A stretch of DNA of 60,019 bases, the filler included, from Catajapyx aquilonaris (lineage: Eukaryota), in the NCBI GenBank assembly GCA_000934665.2. It is 3 parts of 3 records of this genome, joined end to end, with 100 filler letters (N's around TTAATTAATTAA, not from the genome) between each part and the next. Parts side by side here need not be neighbours in the genome. Positions count along the whole stretch, not along the records: positions 19,891 to 39,824 come from JYFJ02006394.1; 2 more parts are not named here. One strand, 5' to 3'. Below the pieces are notes generated by a model that was given only the letters and a program-made list of their open reading frames with translations, had not been told where the DNA came from and ran no database searches. Positions 23,401-37,386 of the stretch are shown in pieces (position 1 is the first letter of the stretch; each line of letters begins with the position of its first letter). The position numbers were made by a program, and so were the translations under genes.

Positions 23401-26400
23401 ACATACATTACGACTTGAAAAACGCTCTAGATAGACTTTTTAACGTTAAAACGTCTCAAATATTTGTCTTGTCACGAGATTACGTGCGTAGGCACTGCCC
23501 ATGTTAAAATGTGCAAACAAATTCAACCCTGGGCATCATCGCAGTTGTGCACTGCCATTAACCTAATGGGACACCAAAAATGACATCACGCTCTCATGTC
23601 ATTACCGACCCAGGTGACGTTGCTAAAAGCATGTAAACCTAAGTGCAATTAAAGGTGCGTTACTCAACATTCCAACCCGATTCCGTTTGCCCAACAATGT
23701 TTTCATCACTTGCCTGCCAACACGCCCTAAAGTCCCTTTTGCGAATCCTAAGCTATGTGGGCTAATCGAATTCAAAAGGCGGGCCAATTCCCACGCACAC
23801 CTCAACCTCCTTATCATTGTCAAGTCGAATCTTCTTTTTCCGCCCCAGCTACCCCCCCTCAAGCCCCTACCTTTGCAATGTAATGATTGTCTGCTGAGGC
23901 CATGTAACTGCCGTAGGGAAAGTGACAGCCCAGAAGATGAAAAGTGAACCTGTTTTTGGTCCAGAAGAAGATACCACCATGTTGCCAGATGGCAACGACC
24001 CACGTGGTTTGCAGATGTCCTTTGTGTCTGGCAACGGTTTTTCAACGGTCGTCCGCCATCTTTAGCCTCAGGGTCAGTTCTGCGTAGGGGGTGGGCGCTT
24101 GTTTTGCTTCTCGATTATCTGGACGGATTCTCCACCCTTCACTTTCGGTTTCATTTAGAGGTCAAGCACGAGGAGCTGCCATCTTCAGAGTGACGTCTCA
24201 TAAAGCAAACGCTACGTGTAGAGAAGGGGGGGGGGGGGGATAGTATCAATTTCGACGCGAGATGACTTCACGAAAAATGTCTCAAGCGGCGCGTTACAAA
24301 CAAGAGAGGCATTAGCAGGAGGTCAAACCGTCAGTCTGTAGGTCGCTGCTGATACATCGCCACAATGTTGTTGATGAATCGTATTGGGCGGAGGAGTCAC
24401 GGATATTGACATGTGCAATCTTGTGGGCAAGTTCACACTCACCAGGGGGTTGGACAGGATCTGCATTGCGATAGGCTGTGCTGATAAACGTGCATGTAAC
24501 TCAACCGAAGGGTATACAGTTTACAAATAGTCTGCAATATTCTTATAGAAATATTACAAAATCAATTCATATCAACTTATTATTCTACAAATCAAGTTTT
24601 CAAATTTTTTTGGCCATTAGAGAGTGGTTTACTATTGTAAGCACACCAGTCTATCATGATTCTGCGAACTGCCGGTCACGATGCTCAGAAGTTACGACAT
24701 AGCAGTTCGGCCCACATACACACAACAGTAGCTTTTTACATAACTGTTACGAAGATTCAAAGATTCCTTGCCCTTCAACTCTCTCCAGCGATGAATATTG
24801 GTCCATAACTGTTATTTTAAAAATAAAGTAAAGCAGCTTCTGGTGCAGTGTGAAATGCAATGCTGACCTAATTATGCTCACGCATCATGAGTGTTAATCG
24901 ATCAGCAACATCCCCCTTTCTCCAGCCGGTTAACTTAAAAAGAGTCCAAGGATGACCAAGATGCTGCTCGCATGTCGGCCAATTAGGAGGCCTCGCTTGT
25001 CTCAGGCATTACAAAATGTGAATTACTTCATGAATCATGTGTAAAGTAGATCCATTAAGTAATTTATCTTCTTACAAGAGAGTCAACTCATCTCTCTAAT
25101 AATATCTTCTAGACATCTTTTGATGCAAAATTACACACGATTGAGCAGCATACTGAAGAGATGACAATTAGCATCATCTTGGTGATACAAGTTGTCACAT
25201 GATCTGTCAGCAGCAAATGTGGCAATATCATGATTTTCATATCAGAATATATCGTTAGAAAAATCGTGCATGATATTACCTGATATTAGCAATAATGATG
25301 AAGCTATTGGGATTATTTTGCAAACGTCCTTCGATGCAATTATTGTCACCATAATTGACACCTGTATGGAATGGACCACAGGATACAATCAGCAATTAGT
25401 TGTCTTAAATGCAGTTGCCATAAGGATGAATATACGCTGGAAATAATTTAGGCACTTTCACCAGGTAGCAAATTGCATCCTCACGTGTCCCCATGGACTA
25501 TGACTAAGTCAGCCTAATCCCTCGATACAAATCCGACAGGCCAAGCCTGACCATATATTTCCTTGGCCCAATTTAGATATACATTTTTGGGGGCGTCTTC
25601 TAAATGGCAGCCTTGTCCGTACGTATGATGAGGGTTCGTCGAGTGTTTTCATAAAGCCTTTTTGGTTGTTGTACCTGTCAATTGCTTTATGGCAACGTCG
25701 TTTTAAGTACTTCTTCACGCCGAAAGGTCGAGGGCAATTATGGCCTGCCCTCAAATTGTCACGTTCGGTGCACGAAGGACTAGGCGAGGACGAGGTCAGA
25801 GGGTATGAATAGGCCTAAATTAAAAATTTAAAATGTATTAAAAATTAAACACTGTGTCTTAATTAGTAGCGGAAAAACTACTTTCTAGAAACATATTGAT
25901 TTCTAACGTCCAATGCTATTTTTGGTCAGCTGACCCACATTTGCAACCCCGCAATTTCACACCTTATTAATTTTATTACTTCGACACATTTCTTTTTAAA
26001 AAACCGCCAGACTATGAATTTACGGCAGGAAATGGAATGCAAGTAGTGACCTCGTGACATGTCTTCCTTATTGCATCTCTTGCACCTCCACAAAATTAGA
26101 GTACCGTAATAAAATTTATAATTCAGGATGAACATCCCCTTTCCCAGTTCTTGGATGCTATGGTGAAAGTGTGGTCAATATGAGGTCAATTTGTCTCGTT
26201 TCATACATTGTTAGTTCCTCTTCCGCTCACTTCTGACACCATGTTATGACCAAGCATGTTCCTCAAAATTAGATCGTTACATTTGACCTCTAAAGCATCG
26301 TACGTCATATGCCCAGCGCTTAGGCCCGGTCTTTCCAGTAGAGGCCACCCCCGCATAAAATCCAATGGAAAATCCTATAGACGTCGAGATGCGTCGGCGT

Positions 26401-29400
26401 CGATTTGGGCGTGGCCTGAGGCGTGGCCACCACCTACACCCCACCACGGAAACCCCCCACGGCCGCCCCCGTGTTTGAGACCTAGGGATTGCGCCGAATC
26501 CAAGGCTGGATTCGGCGCTGTGATGGATATTACAGGTAAAGTTCGTGACTGCTACTAGACAGCCGATTTTTTCAAGTCTCATTTGACCTGGTTGTCTGTT
26601 TGACCTTATGGGTAATGAACATTGCACTTGGCATCGTTTGGCGGTTGAGACCAAAATGGACCATTTGGTTGAATCTGTAGCCTACCATTTGCGTGCGTGC
26701 ATCGCATGGTGCAAGTACAGTGCACTGTACGTAGGCGTCAGACTTCTGACCTCAAGGGTGAATGGTCACCAAGCACGATATTTTCCCAAACTGTCTCTTG
26801 ATGTTCAGCATGAAAATATCTTAAATCGTCAAAATGTCTGCAATGCTGAACCTGTGCCAGTTTTGTTTTTTTGGGGGGGGGGGGAGGACCTCTCTACCCC
26901 ACCTTTTGAGATCGATAGGACCTATGTGAGATCATCCAGGGGGAAAGTTCAAGGAGACCGGAGGATTTCGGTGCAAAGTCTGATGACGTGCTGGGGATGT
27001 CGTTGTCTGGACTCGGTATGACAGGGTTAATTTGGGGCATGTCTGGGTCTGGAATTTATATTAATGTTGTATGACGATTGTACGTCGCTTAGTACACCCG
27101 GACCTAGGTTGTGCTGATTCTTATCGTATTTAAAAAGTATAAACTAAAATATCGATATTTTTTGATATTTTTGACCTACATGGGTGCGTCATGAGTCAAT
27201 TTACGCAATGACAATGCGTTCGGTTGCGTGTACACATGACAAATGACACCGGGAAGCTAACCTTTTATTGTGGAATTGTTAAAAGGCACATGTACCGTAG
27301 CCTAATCAAAAACAGCGCCACTGTTTGACGGAATCGTAAACAGGTTTTGTGACCGGTGAAAACGGTGCGATATTGTGAAAAGAGTTGGTGGCACACTTAC
27401 ACATGCAAATACGCCTAATAAAATTTGTATAAAATTTCCGGGTTGTCATTTTTGCATATACCTACCTATAGATGTAATCATTAGAATGTTCCAATCAACA
27501 TCCTGAATTTGCATAATAGAACATTCTGAACACCCTTCTTAACAACAGTTAATAGTCGCACCCCCACCACATCTATAGCCAGCTTTTACTGCACGTACAA
27601 GACCCGCTAAAAGCAGCTCCCCTGCTGCTTTATTTACCCTAATGTCCCAATATAAAAGCTTCCGAGTGTAAATTACACCGCATTATCCACCATCAGAAAC
27701 TTTATGCCTAATTGCATACATAGAGCCCATATGTAAATTAGTTAACATATATGTCCAGGAATCATTTTCACCTGATAACAAATGACCGGGCATAGTTTGG
27801 CAACCGGATTGCATACACACAGAAACACTGGCAGAGACGGATGATAGAAATCGACGTTACTAAACACCAGGTATATCTGATATGACGTAACTGCTCGATT
27901 CAACTGCCACACATAAAAGATACTTCACTCTGATGATATCAGATGATATCGCATATCCGCCCGAGTTTCTCACTCCACAAAAACAAAAAAAAAGGATTAA
28001 GAAGCCGCCTGTGACCCTGACCTGGTTGGATCTGGTCTCATGTTGCAATGTCATCGCCGTGGGAAACCGGCGGAGGTCAAAGGTCAGCACTCTCACTTGA
28101 TGTGACCGTCTTCTCCCATCATTCTTTATTTTCTCCCTCCTACTTCCTCCCTATCCAAAAAAGCGGTCTAATGACCCAGTCCTCTAGAATAGCTAAAAAA
28201 AAAAGTACAGGGGGAGCCAAAAATCCCTCGAGGGGATTCATGCAGATTAATCCTTTTTGGAAATTCATGCATTTGTAATACCCTCCTCCTCCCCTTTTCC
28301 CTGACTGTTTCCCCTTAGGGAGGGCTTGGGTGTGGGAATTTGACAGAAGGATGGAGGCGACGAAATGACAAATTCCCTGGGGTGTCACATCTAAGGTGAA
28401 ACGTGGGGGAAGAGAATAAACTTTTAGGGGAGACGGTTGTTACGCTTCGGTAAGGAAAATATACCTTGGGCTATGAATATTCGGCAGTGCTTCCACGTAT
28501 AAAGGTTAAAGTAAATGGAAGGTATTTTCTTACACCATGTTGATAATTTTTGCAAATACAATATTCTGTTTGTACTGGATCGGTTTCATTGCCTGAGGTG
28601 TATCAATAACGGCTCATTTTTCATTGTTATTATAGCATATGCCATAAAATAACTATACGAAATTATGTAATCAATGCAAATTAACGCATAGCAAGGAAAC
28701 ATTAATGTGAATAAAATTAGCATAAACACATAAGCATGAATACTGTATAAAATAACATTATTGTGAAAAATATAAATTATATAGTCTAACATAATAAGAA
28801 ATGATTCACACACTGATGCAAATACGAAATATTTCGTAATTTCTACAACACGAGGGACCATCAGATGCCGGTAGATATCGTAAAACATGAAGTATGCAAA
28901 TACGGAAGGATATAATTTTTGAGACATTGCTAATCCTAACCTATTGACCTTATGTTGTACTACCACGTACAGAGGTGAAGAATCCAGCTTTCAGTTGTTT
29001 TTTTTCCTGGATCTCTTTATTGGCCCATCTTCTGAAAAGCACAGCATGCGACAAGCCGTCTCGAGAGGACGGTGATGCAATGGGTTTGACATTTTCATCA
29101 CGAAAAGTGGTACAAATGTCGTTGTCGCCAATGTACTCATTCGTTCGCTTATTTTTAAGTAGGTAAACTCACATTCTTTCTTGTAGAACCTGCTTCTGAC
29201 TTCACATCTGCTAAGGTCACAGAAGGACCCGCGAGGACCCGCGTACAATAAATTATCTCATGCAGCGATTTGTATCAGAAAAAGGTTGAATACCATGTCG
29301 TACTTGAATTTGTAGAAAATACGAAGCAATGGTTTGAATAAATATTGTAATTAATATAATGACAAGTAACCCATTTTTATAACTAATGGGTACGGCATTC

Positions 29401-30980
29401 TTAAACATTTCCAAAAAAATTAATGGACAAATGGGCTTTCTTGTACCACTGAATAATTTTCAGAGCATCAGGCAACACCGCTTCATTTCGACCTGGCAAC
29501 CTGGCGGAAATGACGTCAGAAAGTGACGTTACCGTACATCTCCCTCCATGGCACGAATCATGATTCTCCTCCATCTTTGGCCCCCATAGCTTCTGCCCTG
29601 AAACTGGTCTAATAGCTTCCTGATCGTAAATCGAGCCCAATGAGCTGGACCTAGGCACGGAGGCCCAATTTGGAGTGTATCTACCAGTGAAGGTTGGTAG
29701 ATTGCTTTCCGGTTGTTACGTTCAGATTGCCAAGCAGGAGAGGGAAGCTGGTGGTCCATTTTAACCTCTCTTAATGACCCAGGATCGTTATAGCCAACAC
29801 TTAATGGGCCTACTCTTCCTTCATGTCTACAATTACACAGGACATGATGCATTTTCTGTGAAGAATTGTTCCCTTTGTAATACACAACAATAGGGTATGT
29901 CGAGGGTACAGAAGCAACTACAGTTCATGACTTCACTTGCAGTTATGCGAGCAATCGTTGTTCTGAGTGTTAGTGGAGCTTATCATGGGCTACGTGACTA
30001 CACAACGCTGTTTCTGACTGGCTTGAGGGTTCCCAAGAGACGGAGGAGGAGGAAGAAGACGTAATTAGCTCGACATGGCCGACGGAGGGGGGAGGGAAAA
30101 CGATGGGAAGAGAGGGGGGGTCACATCTCCTAAGGGACAACACCCCTCTCCACTGAAGAAGACAAAACAAATGTGCCACTGTCATATCTAATACACGACA
30201 GAAGAGATGAGAGATATCACATTGGAACATAGGTAGATGACTGGGACAACAATCTACAAAACATTTTTTGTGGGTATTTCCTGACAATTTATTTATAAAA
30301 AATGATAGATTTTGTGCGCATGTGGTTCCTATAGAAAATAACCTTCGGAACAGTTCGATCCACAATGGACCTTGAATAGGCCACTAATTTTGGGAACATA
30401 TCCGCTTTTGGCTCCCCACATCCGCATAACCTGGCATGAAATTGTTGAAATGATAATGATCGCATTCTTATTTCAAACCTGACCTGTAGATTCCAGGAAA
30501 TCTAAAAGTTGAACCTCCCCCACCATTCCGTGATTCAGAGAATATCCCCCTTCCTACTTTTCCCATAAATAAATCACGCACTTTGTACCACGCAATTGGT
30601 CGATAAATCGATGTAATAATAAGGACAGCAAAACCTTCCCTTTCGTTACAACACCATGTTCGTGAGGGCTGGTAACACTGTTTCTGAAAATGGCCGTCTT
30701 CATCTGGCCACACTGCTACACGCCATTCACTGGTGTGATCAGTATGCAAACAGCATGGCTCGTAAAAACCCTCGGCATCATTCATGGCCACCCCTAGGGG
30801 TTGTCGACTTGCTAACCCCTGGGATTAAGCGTGGCAGGGTTGGGGATTTGACATCGGTTGGCACTTGCATGCTGCTGGTTCCTATCAGGGGCTGGAGGGA
30901 GAAAGAAGAATTCAGGATCAGACACAAAATCCGGTGGAAATTGGGTGGGGATTATCGACTCTATCTCTGGTTTTTAGGCA

Positions 30981-31334
30981 GGTATTGGGAACCTATCAGT
31001 CACATTGTGATTGACAATTGGGGAAAATTGGAAAAAATTGGAACATTCCTCTACCTACTCAGTTGCAACTATATGAACTGACGTCACACCCGAAGAATAG
31101 ACGGTAGCCTAATTGGCATAATGCAATTACGCTTAACAAAAACGTGCACTGAAATCCGGTATTGGCAACCTATCAGTCACATTGTGATTGGCAATTGGGA
31201 AAAATTGGAAAAAATTGGAAGATTCCTCTGCCTACTCATTTGCAACTCTATGAACTGACGTCACACCCGAAGAATAGACGGTAGCCTAATTGACATAATG
31301 CAATTACGCTTAACAAAGACGTGCACAGAATCTA
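30981..31334. repeat. Tandem duplication, 2 x 177 bp
   Basis: Units start at ggtattgg (30981 and 31158) and differ at only a few positions. Confidence 0.92.
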
Positions 31335-32213
31335 CGCAATAATTCAACAATTTAATAAATCATGGGACATTCTAAAAATTCCCACATTTTCTCTAAGGAA
31401 TACTCAATCAAATTAGAGCATCACGCCAACTGTCACTGTCAGTTTGCATAGAAAAATAGAATAAGTACCAAGCTTCGTGACAAAATAAAAGAAGCCAATC
31501 TACTTTTTTTCCTCTTTGGATCGATTTAGAAGCCTAGGGTCAGCTTGTGAGAGTCGCAGGTTTGGATGGAAAGGTCTAAAAAAAACTAGTTTCTACGGAC
31601 TTAGAAGTGAAAAAAGGATGGCAAAATGAGAAATACTGTGGGGAGGATGGGGAGAGGAGAGGGAATGAAGGGGCTTTGGACGGATGCCGAAGTGACGACC
31701 CAAATGACTTAATTCCCGCCAAGTGATCACCAATTTGTCCCCGGTGGCTAATCCCCCTCCGAATCTAATTTGTACGCTCAAATGAATGCTGGAGACCCCC
31801 CTTCTCCTCCCTTCCCTTAGCTCTACTACTCCGCCTCTCCCTTTTTCCCATCGTTTTTGTCCCCGATTATTACCAGAACACGTTCAGAAGAAGGTCTATA
31901 ATGGTCTATTTCCGACGTTCCTAATCTGAGGAATTGGGTAGTTTGTAAGGAGTTCCATACTGACTCTGGTGTTGCAATTTTGGGATTGGGGCCTGGTAAG
32001 TGAATCAAGCTGGCAATTCAGGAACTTGGTCCAATAATGTTCAAGTAGCAGAATATAATTGTGCAAGTTTAAGTCGCAAATGAATATTGGACAGGAGGTC
32101 CGAAAAATAAGACATTTACTGTACTTGATTCTAAGTTACAAAGGAATAATTCATTTGTAACTTGGAGTTAAGCATAGAATATAGGGAATATTTTAAAAGC
32201 AGACATACCGGTA

Positions 32214-32485
32214 CAGTGCTGGACATTAATTCCGTCATACTGCTAGCGACATTTTCCGATGCGGCAGACGTGCAAATCGAAGTGATAGAGTGCAAATCGA
32301 AGTGATAGAGTGCGAGCCATGCGAGTTAGAAATGGTAGCCCTTGGGTGACGTCACTGGCTGGGCCCAACCGGTGACGTCACTCAAGGCCTACCTCGTCTT
32401 ACTCGCACTGCTCGCACTCCGATTTGGACTTCTGCCGCAGGAGAAGATGTCGCTAGCGGTACGATGCGATCAATGTCCAGCACTG
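32214..32485. mobile_element. Fully palindromic TA-flanked MITE (CAGTG ends)
   Basis: TA|CAGTGCTGGACATT...AATGTCCAGCACTG|TA; symmetry continues to the central gggccc. Confidence 0.88.
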
Positions 32486-33657
32486 TACATCATTAACAAT
32501 AAGCATAAAAATATTGGATCTAAATTATAAAACTATTTGCACTGAGTGCATTCGCGTAAATAATTATATGTTGAAATGCGATCGGTTAATTTTTAAAATT
32601 CCGAGATGAAGACAATGTTCCGTCTCCAATACGGGACTGTAAAGAGGAGAAACAACCAATGATGCCAAGTCGGAACAGGATCTGAATGTTGACACTGTCA
32701 TGTTTCATGTAATCAATTACCTCATTGCTGTTGTTTAAAATTGCAGTGTCGCCTACGGACTTTAGTGCAGAGTCTAACGGGCAATAATCACCATTGTTCA
32801 TCACAAACGATGACATCTCTGTCACCTGTAGGACTGGTCAATACATTGTGTAAAATAGCCTTCAACCGAAGACAATGGCAATGAAAGAATTTCAAGGATA
32901 GCTCGTAATAACCGTTTAGAACAATCTATTAAGTCGCCCTTCGAAATTGAGTTTTACTATTATCGCTTTTACAGACGGCTAAAAAGGGAAGGCTATTATT
33001 GTTGGCTTGCATGTCTGGATATGTGGTGTATTCACTTTTTATTCGCCCATTCAATGAAACACAGTTAGGTATATCCAACTCCCATTTCAAATTAACTAGA
33101 AAAAGAGCGAAGCGAGTTTTTAACCTCAGGTGTAACAAATACGAGCGAAGCGATACCAATTTCTTTAAACTTTCCATATATGACAACACTTGCTTCAGGC
33201 TCCGAAAAAGGTCACCTTTAACCCATGTTCCCTTTTCCCACTCCCGTTCCACTAAATTCGCAATGAGCTGCCCTGAATAGCAGAGTTGAATCAAACATCC
33301 GGCCCGCGTCGCCCCCGTTAAAGGAACAGGGGGGAAAAGCGGGGGAGGTAGATGGGGAAGGGGGAATAGTGAAAAAAAAAAAATGTTCCGGGGCCAGAGC
33401 ATGTGCAGGTAGGGAAAATCAATAGGTAGGTGGTAGTGGCTGCTGCCCCGGGCAAACACCGAGATGGTTCCTGCATTTTGGATGAAGGTTGCCTGAGGGA
33501 GAGAGGGGAGGATTTGTATAGATACAGTAGTCCTACATCCAGTGATGGGCATAGATATGCATAGAGTGGACTGAAATGTGACTATAGAAACTAAAAATCA
33601 CTGTGTTTTCAACTAATAGCAGTTTGACAGGATCACTGCTATTTTCAAGTAATAGCA

Positions 33658-33870
33658 GTTTTTTAAATACCCCGTGATAGGGTGGAGTCCTTTTAGGGGG
33701 GAAGGGGGAGGTTCCCAAGGGAGTTCACTGTAATTATAGTCATTTCTGACTTTCTGAAATACACCAGACCTTTTCTCCTGGCCCTGGGAAGAGTAGGGAG
33801 TGCAATTCTGCCCCGACATGTCGGGTGAAAACCGGAAAAAGACCCGGCCAAGCAGAGCTGACGGGGACGA
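33658..33870 (-). mobile_element. 5'-truncated family-B SINE within a small aatagcagt-repeat element
   Basis: Matches 15995-16185; TSD aagtaatagca (33647-33657, 33871-33881). Confidence 0.85.
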
Positions 33871-36644
33871 AAGTAATAGCAATTTAACTACCAACAACCA
33901 CTGCTATTTTCAAATAAAATCATTTTACTAACAACAATCACTCTATTAATTGAAAATAGCAGTGATTTCTGTTAGTAGCTCAAATTTTCCTTAGACATAA
34001 AATGTAATGCGATAAACACTTGTATCAACATGGGTTGATCCGTGCTGATTGGCTTCACCAAAATCCTGTAAGGAAACGTGATTCCATGATCTTCTTCCCC
34101 TCACCCCTGCTGTACTGATTGGCGCTGCCATCTGCATTTCTATCAGCTCAATTAGCCAACTTTTGCTGGGTGCAAGTCAAGCGAGAAAATTAGGGTGCCC
34201 TGACCTTTTTTCATCTCTCCCTTCCCCCCACCAAGTCCCTCCCTCTCTTCGCCCATTGCCAGTTATCTCCTTCGCCTGTGAGACCGGAATCCACAATCGC
34301 AAATCGCCTAAAATCTACGCCAGCCATTCTAGGCGGCCATCGATCTTCTCCCCTCCCCCCCCCCCCCAAAGAAAAAGGGCAAAAGAAGGAGGAGAACTGC
34401 CGAACATGTGACGGGTCATGAATACCAAAGAGGTTGAGGAATGCTTGAAGGTAGTGCTTAACTGCAAGATCTATAGTAGGATCTATGGTTACAAATAGGT
34501 TCCCGCATTAGTAGTTCTGAAAGACAAACATTACAACTATCAGATCACACCCTATGTTCCTAATACATAATGGTGTTAATTTCTATTCTGCCACCCTGCC
34601 CCTGTAATCCTGAAGTGGAAGGGGGACTGTCCATATTGGCCTTGTCCGCAAGGGATTTCCCATCGTATGGGAAAAAGGACACGCATACCCGTCACATGCT
34701 GTCTTCAAATTTATGGCACCCAAAAAATGGATGATGAATCCTGCATAGAAAAAGGTCACACAATCAGCCATCTTGAGATGAGTCACATAAGCTACCCTCA
34801 TGGGGACATAGTATGGTATACATCCGATGGTCCCATTAGACCCAGGCCTAGTCTACTCAGGGGAAAAAGGGCTGGGGTGTGACGGAAAGGGCCACGAAAT
34901 GGGAGATCGTTCGTGGGAAACAGAGGATCAGGAAGGTTTTAACTTCATTGCTGGAGCTTTGCAGCTGTAATCGGTTGGCAAGCAGGGGAAACGGTTCTGG
35001 TGTGTTTTTATGTACGGTGGTGAAAGGGGTGCCCATGCACGGATATGCTGGACGTGACTAAGGAGGTGACACCTCGGATCATGGGATGGTAAGTGTTTTG
35101 CTTTCGAAGTAGGAAAGGGGCGAAAACCTGAACCAAAACAGTTGCCACTCTAGCAAGGTGAAACTGGTCGTAAAACCAAATTAGTGTCACTGCTTTTTAC
35201 AACCTACTGATATAATGGTACAGACTTTTGTGCAAATCTATGTCATTACCTCTCCATTTGGAACATTGCTACTTGTGCGAATAATTTTCCTACGAACAAT
35301 TTTAATTATCTCGTAAGTCCAGGCCATAAACCCTCGAATGGCCAACAAAATCGGCTCGACACAGGCCCAAAATGTCACTATAGAGACTCATTTAATCAAC
35401 GGCTGCACATTTAACGACGCCTCCGGGTAAATTGGGCGTTTCCCCCAAGCCAGGCCTGAAAGATGATGTCCCAGGTTGTCAGGTGGGAAAAATCCGATTA
35501 TTAACTAATTTTGGAACCAGGTATAGCCCCGGGTTTTAGAAATGGAATCGATTTGAGGTGGCCTAAATTCACTGATCTGCGCCATGGGGAAGTGGAGAAG
35601 TTAAAATTTCAGGGGGGGTTCGCGTGTTCATTTGTGGACCTGGAAGTGTCCTCAGTAAAAATAAATCCGTTTGGGGACAGTGGGTCTCAAAAGGGGTTTA
35701 AAGGCCGAAAAGTTTTAGGAGGTTTGAAGGCGTCAGCAAGGTCGAACAGGTTTACACCTAAAACCAACAATTGGCAACAATCAGATGATGTAACACTGTA
35801 ATCGGTTAGGTTATGTCTCAATATAGCGAATTACATATATGGAGTAGGAAATTACTCAACCTGTCTATTTATGTCAAATCAATGGCAAATATCTGACATA
35901 TTTTTTTCTGGAAATAAAAAAGGACAGTCCCGGAAAATAGACAGTCCAATAATAACTCCACTTAATCTCAAGTGTTTATCTAACTCAGCTCCGCCCGGAC
36001 ACAATCAATACTTGCGTGTGTGCTTCTGAAAATGCCTGGAGCAATAACCTCCGCTACGGTTTTTGGAAGCAAGAAAAATATTTTTCCCAATTTTGAAAAA
36101 CCGCTTCTATATTAAAGTCGAGAGTACTTGACGCAATGTAGACACGTGGCTGTCATTATTTTTCACCCTTCGCATTCCCCCCCTCCTTTTCCACTCATTA
36201 TTCCGTCTCATTAAGTGCACCTCAAGAACCTTTCTGACGAATTCTGTTGTGTTTAATTTTAATAAGGGAAGTGAAGGTCTTTTCCCCAGCCCAGTTCCAG
36301 AAGTGCGCCGCAGTTTTAAGGAGTCAAATATTATTCTGGCAAACCTCGAGATGAGATGGTTTGGGAAAGAGGGGGGGGGGGGGNNNGGGGGGGGGGGGGG
36401 GACCTCAAGATTCTAGGATAATTTCAGTTATCCTGCGATGTATGCGTCCCTCTGTGCAGTACTGACGTGAAGGTTGCATAGAGCACAGGATAAGTATTGC
36501 GACCTGAATATTTCGGAAAAATTGTTCAAAAATATGAAAATAGGAAATAACTTGATTTCGATACGATATTGTATGATACGATACTTTATAAGTTTGTTTG
36601 TTTATTTATTACCAAAAAATCAGGCGCTTGGCCATTTTTGCGAG

Positions 36645-37386
36645 GTACAATCTGTCTATAAGTTTTGACCACTTTATCCTGGTCTTGAAGAAACCCTTCA
36701 CACACAGCCCTGTGGGGCACAATGTAGGGACTTGGGAAACACATTTTTCGACCGAGTGTAAATTAACCTAACCTACCCTACCTAACCTAGGCTGAGAGAA
36801 ATTGACTTTTGTATAACCGTGCTATACGTAACTGTGGGTACCGGTCCCTACTGTAATAGTGCCAAATACTGTGTATATCGCTGTGGGGACAATAAAATGT
36901 CCCCAAAGTCAGCTCATGTACTCGAAGTTACTGTATAAACACCGATTTTTGGTCCTCAGAGCTAATGCACCACAGGAACACACCCACCCACCCACACCCA
37001 CTCCCTGCGGCCTATTAGGTGTGGGGACATGAAAAAGACAACTTTTCAAAGCTAGTGCAAACTATTCTACCCTACCCCCTACTTACCCTACGTAGCCTAG
37101 GCTGAGAAAAATTGACTTTTCCAAAACCCTGCAACTGGAAATAGTGGGGACTTGTCCCCACTACTGCAAAAGCAAACCCGCAATAATTATCTTGTGGGGA
37201 CCATAAACGTCCCCGCAAGTGGGAAACATGTCCCCACATATGTGTGAAAGTCCCCATGCAGTTACAGCAAAAACAACTACTTCCGGTCCCACAGCTTATT
37301 GAAGACAGGTACTCCGTGGGGCCTGTACGAAGGGTTGCTTCAAGACCAGGATAAAGTAGCCAAACCTTATTGAGACAAATTGTACA
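36645..37386. mobile_element. TIR element with internal direct repeats
   Basis: actttatcctggtcttgaagaaacccttc versus gaagggttgcttcaagaccaggataaagt; duplicated taccctac.ta.cctaggctgaga.aaattgactttt; many tggggac motifs. Ends are approximate. Confidence 0.7.

Noticed and set aside
23981..23996. GTTGCCAGATGGCAAC palindrome as an RFX X-box
   Set aside because: The spacer is longer than the canonical X-box, GTTGCCA half-sites are common throughout the window, and no linked gene was found.
36371..36401. Long poly-G tracts (also 3499-3522, 6924-6941, 24226-24239) as functional G-quadruplexes
   Set aside because: Simple homopolymers of uncertain length (several contain Ns); no contextual support.
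36763..36790. TAACC-like repeats as interstitial insect telomere
   Set aside because: Only a few degenerate units, inside a TIR element.
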